From assembly GCA_964581515.1 (NCBI GenBank), contig CAZOOV010000005.1, positions 75,025-139,024 on the forward strand: 64,000 nt of DNA, given 5' to 3'. Below the pieces are notes generated by a model. The model did no database searches. It was given only the letters and a program-made list of their open reading frames with translations, and had not been told where the DNA came from. The position numbers were made by a program, and so were the translations under genes. Shown one piece after another: positions 1-9,659 of this stretch (its first letter is position 1; each line of letters opens with the position of its first letter). Source of the stretch: an uncultured Methanosarcinales archaeon (GTDB lineage Archaea; Nanobdellota; Nanobdellia; Woesearchaeales; JACJVV01).

Positions 1-319
1 GATGTGCATCAAATATAATCAACATAAATTCAGATGTGTTCTTTGAAAATCCCTTTACTGCTGGATATGTTATTGAATGATCACCACCTAAAAGAATTGC
101 ATTTTTTTTGATTTTTGATATTGCATCTTGAATGTTATCATGGCTTTGCCCAATATTTTTCTCATCTACTTCTATTTGTTCTATTATGAATTTTGGTTCG
201 ATACCTTCTTCATTTGAGAATTTATCTTTTAGCCTTTCGAGGATCTTATCTGGTGCCATATTAGATCCATCACCATGACCTAAGCCTCCACCGCTGAAAG
301 GTATTTTTATCAGTTTCAT
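1..319 (-). CDS. speB: Agmatinase/arginase-family ureohydrolase (5' part; runs off window edge)
   Basis: Hand translation from ATG 319: MKLIKIPFSGGGLGHGDGSNMAPD...LLGGDHSITY...IIFDAH. Contains the GGDHS and DAH ureohydrolase motifs. ATGA overlap with the HAD gene stop. Confidence 0.8.
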   Translation of the reverse strand, partial: MKLIKIPFSGGGLGHGDGSNMAPDKILERLKDKFSNEEGIEPKFIIEQIEVDEKNIGQSHDNIQDAISKIKKNAILLGGDHSITYPAVKGFSKNTSEFMLIIFDAH

Positions 320-975
320 TTTAAGAACCCTATTATTTTATCTGTATCATCAAAGTTAGCTATTAAATAATCAGGATCATGGCTCTTTAACACATCCAAG
401 TTTTCTTCACCGCACCCTACAGCAAGACACTTACAATCATTATCTTTAGCACATTTTATGTCTAACACTGTATCTCCAATAATATAAATTTCATCAGGAG
501 TAGATTTGAATTTTGTTTTAAATTCTGCAATTGCAATAGGGACCAGATCTGATCTATTTAGAGACATATCCCCATAAGAACCTATCTCTATATAATTCCA
601 AATTCCTGCAGCGGATAATTTTGCCTTGGCTTTGCCTTTTAGGTTGCCAGTCAATACACCTATAATAACATCTTTTTGTTTAAGTGCTTCAAGGAGTTTA
701 ATAATTCCTGGCATTACTTTTAATTTCTTATTTGTTAATTGCTCTGAAACTACAGTTTCAATACTTTCAAATATTTTTAAGAAATTGTTATCTTGCTTAG
801 GATCAATCCCATTTAATCTGCACATTTCATAAACTATCCTCTTATCAGTCTTGCCCTTCATATCAGATCTTTTTAGAGACTTAACACCACAACATCTTCT
901 AAATGATTCATCCCAATATTTTACCTGTCCAATAGGAATCAAGGTGCCGTCGATGTCAAATAAGATTAATTTCAT
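316..975 (-). CDS. HAD-superfamily hydrolase (phosphoglycolate phosphatase-like)
   Basis: LFDIDGTL motif I, LTGN motif II, IGDT..D motif IV. Confidence 0.85.
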   Translation of the reverse strand: MKLILFDIDGTLIPIGQVKYWDESFRRCCGVKSLKRSDMKGKTDKRIVYEMCRLNGIDPKQDNNFLKIFESIETVVSEQLTNKKLKVMPGIIKLLEALKQKDVIIGVLTGNLKGKAKAKLSAAGIWNYIEIGSYGDMSLNRSDLVPIAIAEFKTKFKSTPDEIYIIGDTVLDIKCAKDNDCKCLAVGCGEENLDVLKSHDPDYLIANFDDTDKIIGFLK

Positions 976-996
976 TTTGTCGTTACCTTCATATTT

Positions 997-2058
997 TTAT
1001 TCAATTATTTCCGTCTCAAGCTTTACCAAATCACAAAAATCACATGCAAAATTATATGCGCCAGCATTAAGGAAAGTTATCCTATCACCTATCTTAGGAT
1101 TTTCTAAATATATCCTATATCTGAATATATCCATTGAACATGGAGTGCATCCTTTAATAATGTAAGGCTTTATCTTATTCTGGTCTGTTATATTCTCTTT
1201 TTTTAATTCTCCTTCAACCAAAAGCCTTGTCGGCACAGTGAATGCATCAGTATCGCCATGATAGACGGAAGCATTGACAATTATATTATTCTCATACATA
1301 GTCTGTATGTAAGTGACTAACTTTACAGCCGGAGCGCAAATAAATCTGCCTGGTTCTATAATAAGCTTGATTGATTTTTCATTAAGCCATATTTTAAGTT
1401 CTTTTATCTTCTTATAGATTGATTTGAAGGCGTCAGTGTTTGTATTTGCATATTCACAAGGAAATCCTCCACCAATATCCATAAAACCAATAATTCGTAA
1501 TGTTTCTTCATCAAACATATTGCCTATTTCATATATGAGATTCCATTCTGCTATATTCTGCGTCTTCCTGAAGAAATGAATTCCTAACGAATTAATACAG
1601 GGATGATCTTTGAGCTCTTTAATTCGTCTGTTAACGATATCACAAGACATGCCAAATACAAAATAACGCTCAGTCTTAAGAGTATTCTCCTTTAGTTTAG
1701 TCCGAAGAAAAAGGTCAATCGTTTTACTCTCATGGTTTTTCAAATAAGCTAACAATGAATCAAGATCAGACTCATTATCAACTATGAACCTAGTTATGCC
1801 TAGAGAAAGAAGCTCTTGAATTCCTTCAATATCCCAGCCCTGGGCTAAAAATAAAACTTTGGCCTTATCTTTTACCCTTTTCAGTCCTTCTTTAGTATGT
1901 ACCAGAAACTCTGAATCAGTATTCTCTTCTAGGACTGAAGTAACTTCTGGATTAGTCTTTGAACTATAGAAAACAAAATCTACCATCTCTTTCAATATAG
2001 TATATTGTTCAATCACTTTATTTTTTGAAAGTACAAATTTTGGTTTATGCTTTTGCAT
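997..2058 (-). CDS. Fold-type III PLP-dependent Orn/DAP/Arg decarboxylase
   Basis: YSSKTN (PLP lysine), DIGGGFP, IEPGRF, GCTPCSMD and GAY motifs. Confidence 0.85.
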   Translation of the reverse strand: MQKHKPKFVLSKNKVIEQYTILKEMVDFVFYSSKTNPEVTSVLEENTDSEFLVHTKEGLKRVKDKAKVLFLAQGWDIEGIQELLSLGITRFIVDNESDLDSLLAYLKNHESKTIDLFLRTKLKENTLKTERYFVFGMSCDIVNRRIKELKDHPCINSLGIHFFRKTQNIAEWNLIYEIGNMFDEETLRIIGFMDIGGGFPCEYANTNTDAFKSIYKKIKELKIWLNEKSIKLIIEPGRFICAPAVKLVTYIQTMYENNIIVNASVYHGDTDAFTVPTRLLVEGELKKENITDQNKIKPYIIKGCTPCSMDIFRYRIYLENPKIGDRITFLNAGAYNFACDFCDLVKLETEIIE

Positions 2059-3055
2059 TTTTTTTCATCTCATTTGTGATTTTATTATCTGATTTAGATC
2101 CCTTAGTTTGTTTTTTTGGTTTTAGGAGATTTTCTTCCTCAAGAGATTCTAGTGCACCAATCATAGCTAATGGAAATGTAATCGTAACATCACCAATAAC
2201 AGTCGCTATATCACTCTCTTCTTTAACTTTACCCCATGATTTTGCTTCTTGAGTTGTTGCTCCTGACATGCTTCCTGAGGTTTTTTGAGCAGTTGTCATA
2301 TAGACTGCGTAATTAGCTCCTCCATTCAGAAGTGTTGAAAGGATTGCATGATGTTTTGAAATGCTGCCACCAAGTGCAATGACTCCTTTTTTCTCGTCAT
2401 AACTTGTTGAGAATAATATATTACCAAAATCTTTGACAACATCAACTATGAAATCATCATGTTTCTGCTGAAATAAATATAAATGAAAACCAAAAGCACC
2501 ATCAGTTATCGCAGGACAGAATATAGGAATATCATTTTTTGCTGCCTGGTAAAGAATAGATGAAGAATCATCTAACATGAGTCCTATTTCTTTTAACATA
2601 TCTGAAACTGCCCATCTCTTTTGTTTTTTGTAAAGCTTATCAAGAATTTCAAGCATCATATCTTCAAAATGCATATAGCTCTCATTATTAACAAAGATAT
2701 TGCCAATCCTGTTTATGCCTTTCTCATGAAGTTCTACATCGTCTGAATCAAATTTACCTACTTTGAATTTCTCGCCTGTTGCTTTCATAATATCTTCTTC
2801 TATCCCACCAACTGTAGTCACTATAACATCTGCCATCTTTAAGTTGATTATCTGAGCAAAAAATCCCCTTAATCCAGAAGTAACCATATTTGAAGTAAAT
2901 GTAAGGAAAATCTTTGCACTATCTTTTTTCATCTTAACAAATACTTGAGAAGCTTTCTTCAGCTCTATACTTTGATAGCCAAGTGTCTGATATGAATCTA
3001 GAAGATCCTTGACCAACATGCCTTTTTTCCATTTAAAATCATTGATATATTCCAT
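2045..3055 (-). CDS. dhs: Deoxyhypusine synthase (or DHS-like homospermidine synthase)
   Basis: FTSNMVTSGLR, TTVGGIEED, GSMSGA and EAKSWGK (catalytic Lys). ATG 3055 preferred over GTG 3064 because SD AGGTGA lies at 3061-3066. Confidence 0.9.
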   Translation of the reverse strand: MEYINDFKWKKGMLVKDLLDSYQTLGYQSIELKKASQVFVKMKKDSAKIFLTFTSNMVTSGLRGFFAQIINLKMADVIVTTVGGIEEDIMKATGEKFKVGKFDSDDVELHEKGINRIGNIFVNNESYMHFEDMMLEILDKLYKKQKRWAVSDMLKEIGLMLDDSSSILYQAAKNDIPIFCPAITDGAFGFHLYLFQQKHDDFIVDVVKDFGNILFSTSYDEKKGVIALGGSISKHHAILSTLLNGGANYAVYMTTAQKTSGSMSGATTQEAKSWGKVKEESDIATVIGDVTITFPLAMIGALESLEEENLLKPKKQTKGSKSDNKITNEMKKNAKA

Positions 3056-3218
3056 TATTATCACCTGATGAATTGATTTTGAGTTTATTTTAAGTTAATT
3101 TGAGTTAAATTTATTGGGTTTGTGTTGAATTTGAATTAAAATGCCCTTATCTTGAATAAATCTTAAATTAAAGATATAAAAGCTAATATAACTAAAACAA
3201 TGAGAAATCTAAATAAAA

Positions 3219-3269
3219 TTATCGACCTGCACGGCTTACTGTATCAAATAAAGCATTCTTAAATTGCAT
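3219..3269 (-). CDS. Putative leader peptide/uORF MQFKNALFDTVSRAGR*
   Basis: ATG lies 22 nt downstream of TATA TTTATAAA (3291-3298), the leaderless spacing used by many genes in this window. GC-rich codons in an otherwise very AT-rich spacer. Confidence 0.5.
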   Translation of the reverse strand: MQFKNALFDTVSRAGR

Positions 3270-3388
3270 AGTGCTGAAAAGCCTTGTTGGTTTATAAAGG
3301 TTACCTTCTGATGGGGCTTACTTATTTCGTTCTATATTAGAGAGGGATGCATAATGTTTTTAAATAAAATAGAGTTTTTCCTGATATC

Positions 3389-5167
3389 ATGAAGACAAGC
3401 CTAAGATCACATACATGCGGAGAATTAACTACAAAAGAAATTGATAAAGAGATTTCTCTTTGTGGATGGGTTAGTACTAGAAGAGATCACGGTGGAGTTA
3501 TATTTATAGATCTTAGAGACAGATATGGATTAACACAGATTGTATTCAATCCTGAATTCAATAAAGATGTCCATAAGGATGCTGATAGTTTAAGAAGAGA
3601 AGATACTATTAGAGTTAAAGGTATTGTAAAGAAAAGAGCACAAGGTATGGAAAATCCAAGATTAAAGACAGGAGAAATTGAAGTATTTATTTCAGAACTT
3701 GAAATCCTGAATAAGAGTGAAACTCCCCCTATTGAAATTGATGATAAAAAACTTGCTAGTGAAGATTTAAGATTAAAATATAGATATCTAGATTTAAGAA
3801 GACCACAAATGCAAGAGCATATGTTAATAAGACATAAAGCTGCAATGGCAGGACGTGAAGCACTTACAAAACAAGGTTTCTTAGAAATTGAGACACCATT
3901 GCTTGTAAAAGCTACTCCTGAAGGTGCAAGAGATTATGTTGTTCCAAGCAGAGTAAATCCTGGACATTTCTATGCATTGCCTCAATCTCCTCAATTATAC
4001 AAACAGCTTCTTATGGTAGGAGGGTGTGATAGATATTTCCAAGTTGCAAGATGTCTGCGTGATGAGGATTTAAGGCAAGATAGACAACCTGAATTTACAC
4101 AAATAGATGCAGAAATGAGTTTTGTTGAACAGGACGATGTATTCACAGCATGTGAGGCTATGATTGCAAATATTATGGAAAAAACATTAGGATTAAATGT
4201 AAAAACTCCTTTTCCAAGATTTTCCTATAAAGATGTCATGGATAAATATGGAATCGATAAACCAGATTTAAGATTTGGACTAGAACTTTCTGAAGTTACA
4301 GAGATAGTCGTTAAATCAGACTTTGGAGTATTCAAAGATGTTGCAGACAATGGCGGAATTGTCAAATGCATCAATCCTGAAAAGGAACTAGGAAGAAAGG
4401 ATATTGATGGTTATATTAAATTTGTACAAGAGAATGGCGCTAAAGGAATGGCGTGGATGAGAGTCACAGAAAATGGACTCGAAAGTAATATTGCTAAATA
4501 TTTCCCTGAAGATGTACAAAAAGAACTTATTGAGAAAGTAGGTGCAAAACCAGGAAGCATACTTATGTTCATAGCTGATAAAGAAGATATGTGCAATGAA
4601 ATAATATCAAAACTAAGAAATAAACTTGGTGAAGATTTAGAACTTTATGATAAAAAAGAATTCAATTTCCTATGGGTAGTTGATTTCCCGCTTTTTGAAA
4701 AAGATGAAGAAACTGGAGATTATAAACCTGCACATCACATGTTTACAATGCCAAAGAAAGACTGTATAGAATTCTTGGATAGTGATCCTGGAAAAGTTTT
4801 TGCTACATGCTATGATTTAGTACTTAATGGCGTTGAACTAGCTTCTGGAAGCATAAGAGTACATAGGCCAGACATTCAACAGAAAATAATGGATATAGTA
4901 GGATTTCCTAAAGAGAAAGCAAGAGAAAGATTTGGTTTCTTACTTGATAGCTTCAATTACGGAGCGCCTCCGCATGGTGGATTTGGACTTGGTTTTGACA
5001 GGCTTGTTGCAATGATATGTGGATTTAGCGATATAAGAGAAGTTATGGCTTTTCCAAAGAACAAGAATGCACAGTGCCCAATGGATGGCAGTCCTGGTGT
5101 AATTGAAGATAAGACATTAAAAGAACTGCATATCAAAAGCGATGTTGTCAAGAAAGACAATAAATAA
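3389..5167 (+). CDS. aspS: Bacterial-type aspartyl-tRNA synthetase (likely non-discriminating)
   Basis: RSHTCGEL N-terminus, RRDHGGVIFIDLRD, LPQSPQLYKQLLM, RDEDLRQDRQPEFTQID, GAD insertion, GAPPHGGFGLGFDR. Confidence 0.95.
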   Translation: MKTSLRSHTCGELTTKEIDKEISLCGWVSTRRDHGGVIFIDLRDRYGLTQIVFNPEFNKDVHKDADSLRREDTIRVKGIVKKRAQGMENPRLKTGEIEVFISELEILNKSETPPIEIDDKKLASEDLRLKYRYLDLRRPQMQEHMLIRHKAAMAGREALTKQGFLEIETPLLVKATPEGARDYVVPSRVNPGHFYALPQSPQLYKQLLMVGGCDRYFQVARCLRDEDLRQDRQPEFTQIDAEMSFVEQDDVFTACEAMIANIMEKTLGLNVKTPFPRFSYKDVMDKYGIDKPDLRFGLELSEVTEIVVKSDFGVFKDVADNGGIVKCINPEKELGRKDIDGYIKFVQENGAKGMAWMRVTENGLESNIAKYFPEDVQKELIEKVGAKPGSILMFIADKEDMCNEIISKLRNKLGEDLELYDKKEFNFLWVVDFPLFEKDEETGDYKPAHHMFTMPKKDCIEFLDSDPGKVFATCYDLVLNGVELASGSIRVHRPDIQQKIMDIVGFPKEKARERFGFLLDSFNYGAPPHGGFGLGFDRLVAMICGFSDIREVMAFPKNKNAQCPMDGSPGVIEDKTLKELHIKSDVVKKDNK

Positions 5168-5198
5168 ATACTTGTCCTGATTTTATTCTTATTAAAAT

Positions 5199-7283
5199 AT
5201 GAAAATACTAGAATTAGCTAAAAAAAACATATATTCTGCCTATAAGCACAACCAGATAATAATCAGTTCATTTGAAGTTGGCATTAAACCCACAAGTAAG
5301 AAATGTTTTAGGGATGGTACTAAAATAACTTCATCTTTAGAAAAAAAAGGTAAAAATATCTTTCTTAAGAATCAAAGTAATATGATACCTGTATGTAAAG
5401 GTGCACTTTTAAGGCTAAAACCAAATAAGACAGTAAAATATAGTAAAAATAAATTTACTGCAGAAACTAAACTTCAAAGGATTGCTTTTTATATTAATAA
5501 TTATGGTGCTTTTAATGGTCTTTTTAGAGTCGGTAATATATTCTTACATGACATTAAGAATAGAATCAGGTATAAAATTAAAGATGATACTAAAAAGTCA
5601 AGAGTTGACCTTAAATTTAAAGAAGGAATTACATTCAGAGTGATAGGAATTTCTAAAGATAAAATAAAACTAGAATGTTATGATTACGGGGGCATATATG
5701 ATTATTTCATTAATACAGAAATTAATAGATATCCTCCACAAGTACCTGAGAACTATTATGCAACTGCATACTTCGCATATAATAGTGTAAAACTAGGGAA
5801 AATTGAGAATAATAATGGTCTTGTAAATGCAGGAAAAATGGCACTGGAATTTGCTACAAAGAATTATAGTTATTATGAGCCTGCAGGGATTGCTTTCAAA
5901 CATACTGATTTCAAATATTCTCCACTCATTGAAGCAGCTAGATTATTAAAAATCAAAGAAAGTGTGAAATATACTGAATCTAACTATAATCCTGTTAATG
6001 TATACGCCCTGAGAATACATAATCTAGTACTTAATGAAGATTTAGAGGAGGATTTAGCTGGAGATTTAGCTGGAGTGAGAAGATGTCTTAAAGTCATAAG
6101 AAAGAATCAGGCTAAAGACGGACTAATAATGGATAATTATGTTCCCAATTATACTAAATCAAAAGATATTACATACCATCAGTTTGCAGCTGCATGTCTT
6201 GCTAGGGCATATTCTATAAAACCACTAAAAGAAGTTAAGCTAATACTTGATAAAGCAGTTAATTTCTCACATAACATCCTATTTGAGAATGGCGAAGTAT
6301 CATATTATGGGCGGGGAAACAATAATATTTACCATATAGCAAGTGCAATATATTTATTTGCATGTTATTATAAAATATCAAAAGATAAAAAATATATTTC
6401 TGCAGTACAAAAATTATATGGATATTTATCTAACAATCACCTAACTAAAATGTATAAAGATTGGTTACCTACCTGCCTTAATGAATACTCTGAAAAAATG
6501 ATGGGATGGAACCATTGTGAGATGCCCTATAATATGCAGACAAGTTATTTTTTGTTATATGCTTATGAAATTCTTAAAGATAAAAAGCCAAATAAGGGGA
6601 TGGTTGATATAGATAAGAGTGTAAATAAAGAGATATTTATGGAATCTGGATTTTATCATTATAAGAATAAAAAATATGAAATTTGCATCATAAATGGAGG
6701 AGAGCAATTAACATGGGCAAATGGAAGGCACGCTACAGGTATTGGTGGAATTGCTAATCTAACTGTGAATAATGAACAAAAGTCAATGAGTTTAGATTTT
6801 TATAATAATAAAGTTCCAATTACAGATCTACCTAGAATTAAAGTTAATGGGAAGTTTTTACATCCAAAAGAATACAAAATAAGTAGATTAAGTAAATTAA
6901 ATAATCAAGAAGATAGCTTAGATAAGAGTAAGGATGTAAAAGGATGCACACTAGAAGTAAGATATAAAAGAATTAGAATAAGAAAAGAATACAGCTTCAT
7001 GAAGGAGAAGATAAGATGTAATGTAAACTGCATTCTTGCAAAAGGGCTTAAGAATGTTGAAATTGATGGTATGTTGAATATACATCTTATACATCTAAAA
7101 AAAGAGGAGAATATCTCTTTTAATATTACTGAAAATTCTAAAGAAATAGATATGCGACAAGAGAAAGAGAAGATAGAATCAAATACAAAAGGAAAAGGAC
7201 ATATACAGAAAATTGGTTTTTTCAAATCAAGAAAAGTTAAAAAGAAAATTAAATTAAATGTAGTCGGGGATTATATTTTCTAA
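5199..7283 (+). CDS. Hypothetical 694-aa protein, possible (alpha/alpha)-toroid glycan-active domain
   Basis: Long ORF with a Tyr-rich helical middle (TYHQFAAACLA, GEVSYYGRGNN) and a beta-rich C-terminus. The fold is a guess. Confidence 0.55.
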   Translation: MKILELAKKNIYSAYKHNQIIISSFEVGIKPTSKKCFRDGTKITSSLEKKGKNIFLKNQSNMIPVCKGALLRLKPNKTVKYSKNKFTAETKLQRIAFYINNYGAFNGLFRVGNIFLHDIKNRIRYKIKDDTKKSRVDLKFKEGITFRVIGISKDKIKLECYDYGGIYDYFINTEINRYPPQVPENYYATAYFAYNSVKLGKIENNNGLVNAGKMALEFATKNYSYYEPAGIAFKHTDFKYSPLIEAARLLKIKESVKYTESNYNPVNVYALRIHNLVLNEDLEEDLAGDLAGVRRCLKVIRKNQAKDGLIMDNYVPNYTKSKDITYHQFAAACLARAYSIKPLKEVKLILDKAVNFSHNILFENGEVSYYGRGNNNIYHIASAIYLFACYYKISKDKKYISAVQKLYGYLSNNHLTKMYKDWLPTCLNEYSEKMMGWNHCEMPYNMQTSYFLLYAYEILKDKKPNKGMVDIDKSVNKEIFMESGFYHYKNKKYEICIINGGEQLTWANGRHATGIGGIANLTVNNEQKSMSLDFYNNKVPITDLPRIKVNGKFLHPKEYKISRLSKLNNQEDSLDKSKDVKGCTLEVRYKRIRIRKEYSFMKEKIRCNVNCILAKGLKNVEIDGMLNIHLIHLKKEENISFNITENSKEIDMRQEKEKIESNTKGKGHIQKIGFFKSRKVKKKIKLNVVGDYIF
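6039..6074 (+). repeat. In-frame 12-bp tandem repeat (DLEE-DLAG-DLAG)
   Basis: GATTTAGCTGGA twice at 6051-6074, preceded by degenerate GATTTAGAGGAG. Confidence 0.8.
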
Positions 7284-7328
7284 ATATTATTCTTTAAATA
7301 TAAATATTAAATGAGGTTTAGATAGTAA

Positions 7329-8675
7329 TTAAGATTTATTAAGAAACTCATCAATTGCTTTTGCTGCTTGCTTGCCATCTCCCATCGCTTTGATAACAGT
7401 TGTTTCACCTTCAATTATATCTCCTCCAGCAAAGATCATAGGATCTGATGTCTGCAAGCTTTCGTTTATAGTAAGTTTTCCTTTTTTTGTTATATCTAAA
7501 GCTCCATCTTTTGTAAGCAGAGGATTTGGACCCTGACCAATTGCAATTATTACTTGATCACAATCAATTGTGAATTCACTTTCTTTTATTGGAACTGGTC
7601 TTCTTCTTCCACTTTCGTCCGGCTCACCTAGCTCCATCTTTATCACTTCAATACCTGCTACTTCTTTTTCTCCAATAATCTTGAGTGGATTAGTAAGCCA
7701 CATGAATTCAATACCTTCTTCTTGTGCATGATGAACTTCTTCTACTCTTGCAGGAGACTCCTTAATTGTTCTTCTATATACTAAAACAACATCTGCTCCT
7801 AAACGTTTTGCTGTTCTTGCTGCGTCCATAGCAACATTACCTGCACCTACAACAACAACTTTCTTACCTTTTCTTATAGGTGTATCATTATTAGGGAAAT
7901 CATATGCTTTCATCAAATTAATCCTTGTTAAAAATTCATTTGCAGAATAAACTCCTACAAGATCCTCGCCTGGAAGATCTAAAAAATAAGGTAAACCTGC
8001 ACCATTACCAATGAATATAGCATCAAAATCTTGTTTTAGGTCATTTAAAGTAAGTGTTTTTCCGATTACATAATTTGTCTTTATCTTTACTCCTTCAGAT
8101 TCAATTGCTTTTATCTCTTCATCAACTATTCTTTTAGGAAGCCTAAACTCAGGAATACCATATCTCATAACTCCTCCCGTCAAATGAAGTGCCTCAAATA
8201 TCGTAACATCATAACCTTGTCTTGAAAGATCAGTTGCACAGGAAAGTCCTGCAGGACCTGATCCAATAACTGCTATTTTCTTATTTTTATCTGGAAGCTT
8301 AGTTGGATTTGTTGATTTTCCATTATCTGCTGCAAAACGTTCCAGTTTTCCGATTGCTACTGGATCATTCTTTGCTTTTAAAATACAACCAGATTCACAT
8401 TGTTTTTCTTGAGGACAGACTCTCCCACATACTCCAGGGAGATTATTTGTAAGTTTAATTATGTTTAAAGCTGAATCAAAATCTTTTTCTTTTATTTTCT
8501 CTATAAAATTAGGTATATCAACACCGACAGGACATTTTGGAACGCATTGAGGGTTTTTACATTGAAGACAACGTGTACCTTCCTCTATTGCCTGGTCTTC
8601 ATTGTAACCTAAACAAACCTCTTTGAAATTATTCTTCCTTTCTTCAGGATCTTGTTCTGATATTTTTACTGGCAT
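7329..8675 (-). CDS. nfnB: NfnB/SudA (GltD-like) flavo-FeS subunit of electron-bifurcating transhydrogenase
   Basis: RCLQCKNPQCVPKCP, GRVCPQEKQCE, GSGPAG, GAGNVAMDAAR, FAGGD. Confidence 0.9.
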   Translation of the reverse strand: MPVKISEQDPEERKNNFKEVCLGYNEDQAIEEGTRCLQCKNPQCVPKCPVGVDIPNFIEKIKEKDFDSALNIIKLTNNLPGVCGRVCPQEKQCESGCILKAKNDPVAIGKLERFAADNGKSTNPTKLPDKNKKIAVIGSGPAGLSCATDLSRQGYDVTIFEALHLTGGVMRYGIPEFRLPKRIVDEEIKAIESEGVKIKTNYVIGKTLTLNDLKQDFDAIFIGNGAGLPYFLDLPGEDLVGVYSANEFLTRINLMKAYDFPNNDTPIRKGKKVVVVGAGNVAMDAARTAKRLGADVVLVYRRTIKESPARVEEVHHAQEEGIEFMWLTNPLKIIGEKEVAGIEVIKMELGEPDESGRRRPVPIKESEFTIDCDQVIIAIGQGPNPLLTKDGALDITKKGKLTINESLQTSDPMIFAGGDIIEGETTVIKAMGDGKQAAKAIDEFLNKS

Positions 8676-8684
8676 CTTATTTAT

Positions 8685-9509
8685 TCATCTCTTAAGAATT
8701 ATATTATTCATCTTACAAACATGATTCTCTTCTTTTTTATAGCTTGCATTCCTATTGAGTATCTCATCAAAATCTACTTTACTAGCATCAAATTCAGGAC
8801 CATCTACACATACAAATTTAATCTTTTCACCATAATTAATTCTACAGCCACCACACATACCGATGCCATCTACCATCAATGTGTTTAAACTGACTATTGT
8901 TTTGATATTATTTTCTTTAGTATATTTTGCAACAAACTTCATCATTATTGTAGGGCCAATTGCAATAACAAGCTTATAATCATTCTCTTTCAATTCATTC
9001 TCTAAAGCCTGAACAACATTGCCTTTAAATCCTATACTGCCATCATCACTGCTGGTGATAACCTTATCACAGAATTCTTCAAATTTATCTTTCCAAAAAA
9101 GAAATTGTTTACTTCTTACACCAAGTATGCAATGAACTTTCTTGCCTTGCGCAGCATATTCTTTTGCTATAGGATAAATTGCAGCAATACCTACGCCTCC
9201 TCCTATAAGGCAGATAAAATCTTCGGATTGGATCTCACTAGCATTACCAAGAGGACCAACAACATCCTTAATTCCATCACCTTCATTAAGGCTTACAATT
9301 TCTGCTGTTGATTTTCCTGCAACAATGAGGATAATAGTAATACGATCATCATTAATATCTGCAATTGTTAGTGGTATTCTTTCACCAGTATTATTAGGAA
9401 TTATAATTAAAAATTGACCAGGTTTTGCGTGTCTAGCTATATCTGGTGCAAAAATATCCAAAAGATATGTATTTTGCGCTATTTCCTCTTTCTTTAATAT
9501 TTTAAACAT
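8685..9509 (-). CDS. nfnA: NfnA/SudB ferredoxin-NADP reductase-like subunit
   Basis: PGQF, ERIPLTI, GPLG, GGGVG, MVDGIGMCGGCR, CVDGPEFD. Adjacent to nfnB. Confidence 0.9.
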   Translation of the reverse strand: MFKILKKEEIAQNTYLLDIFAPDIARHAKPGQFLIIIPNNTGERIPLTIADINDDRITIILIVAGKSTAEIVSLNEGDGIKDVVGPLGNASEIQSEDFICLIGGGVGIAAIYPIAKEYAAQGKKVHCILGVRSKQFLFWKDKFEEFCDKVITSSDDGSIGFKGNVVQALENELKENDYKLVIAIGPTIMMKFVAKYTKENNIKTIVSLNTLMVDGIGMCGGCRINYGEKIKFVCVDGPEFDASKVDFDEILNRNASYKKEENHVCKMNNIILKR

Positions 9510-9659
9510 GAAATAGAGCTACCTTTGTTTGTTATATAAAGATTGTTGTTTATTATTGTCCTAAATTCGAATTACTATAATACCATAAATAACTATGAAT
9601 AAAAAACCCAAGTTAGAATAATTGATTTATTATCATTGTTATAATGTGAAAAGAAAAGG

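Noticed and set aside
3219..3269. Known riboswitch (guanidine, fluoride, SAM) upstream of dhs
   Set aside because: No consensus motif recognised; the uORF reading fits the TATA spacing better.
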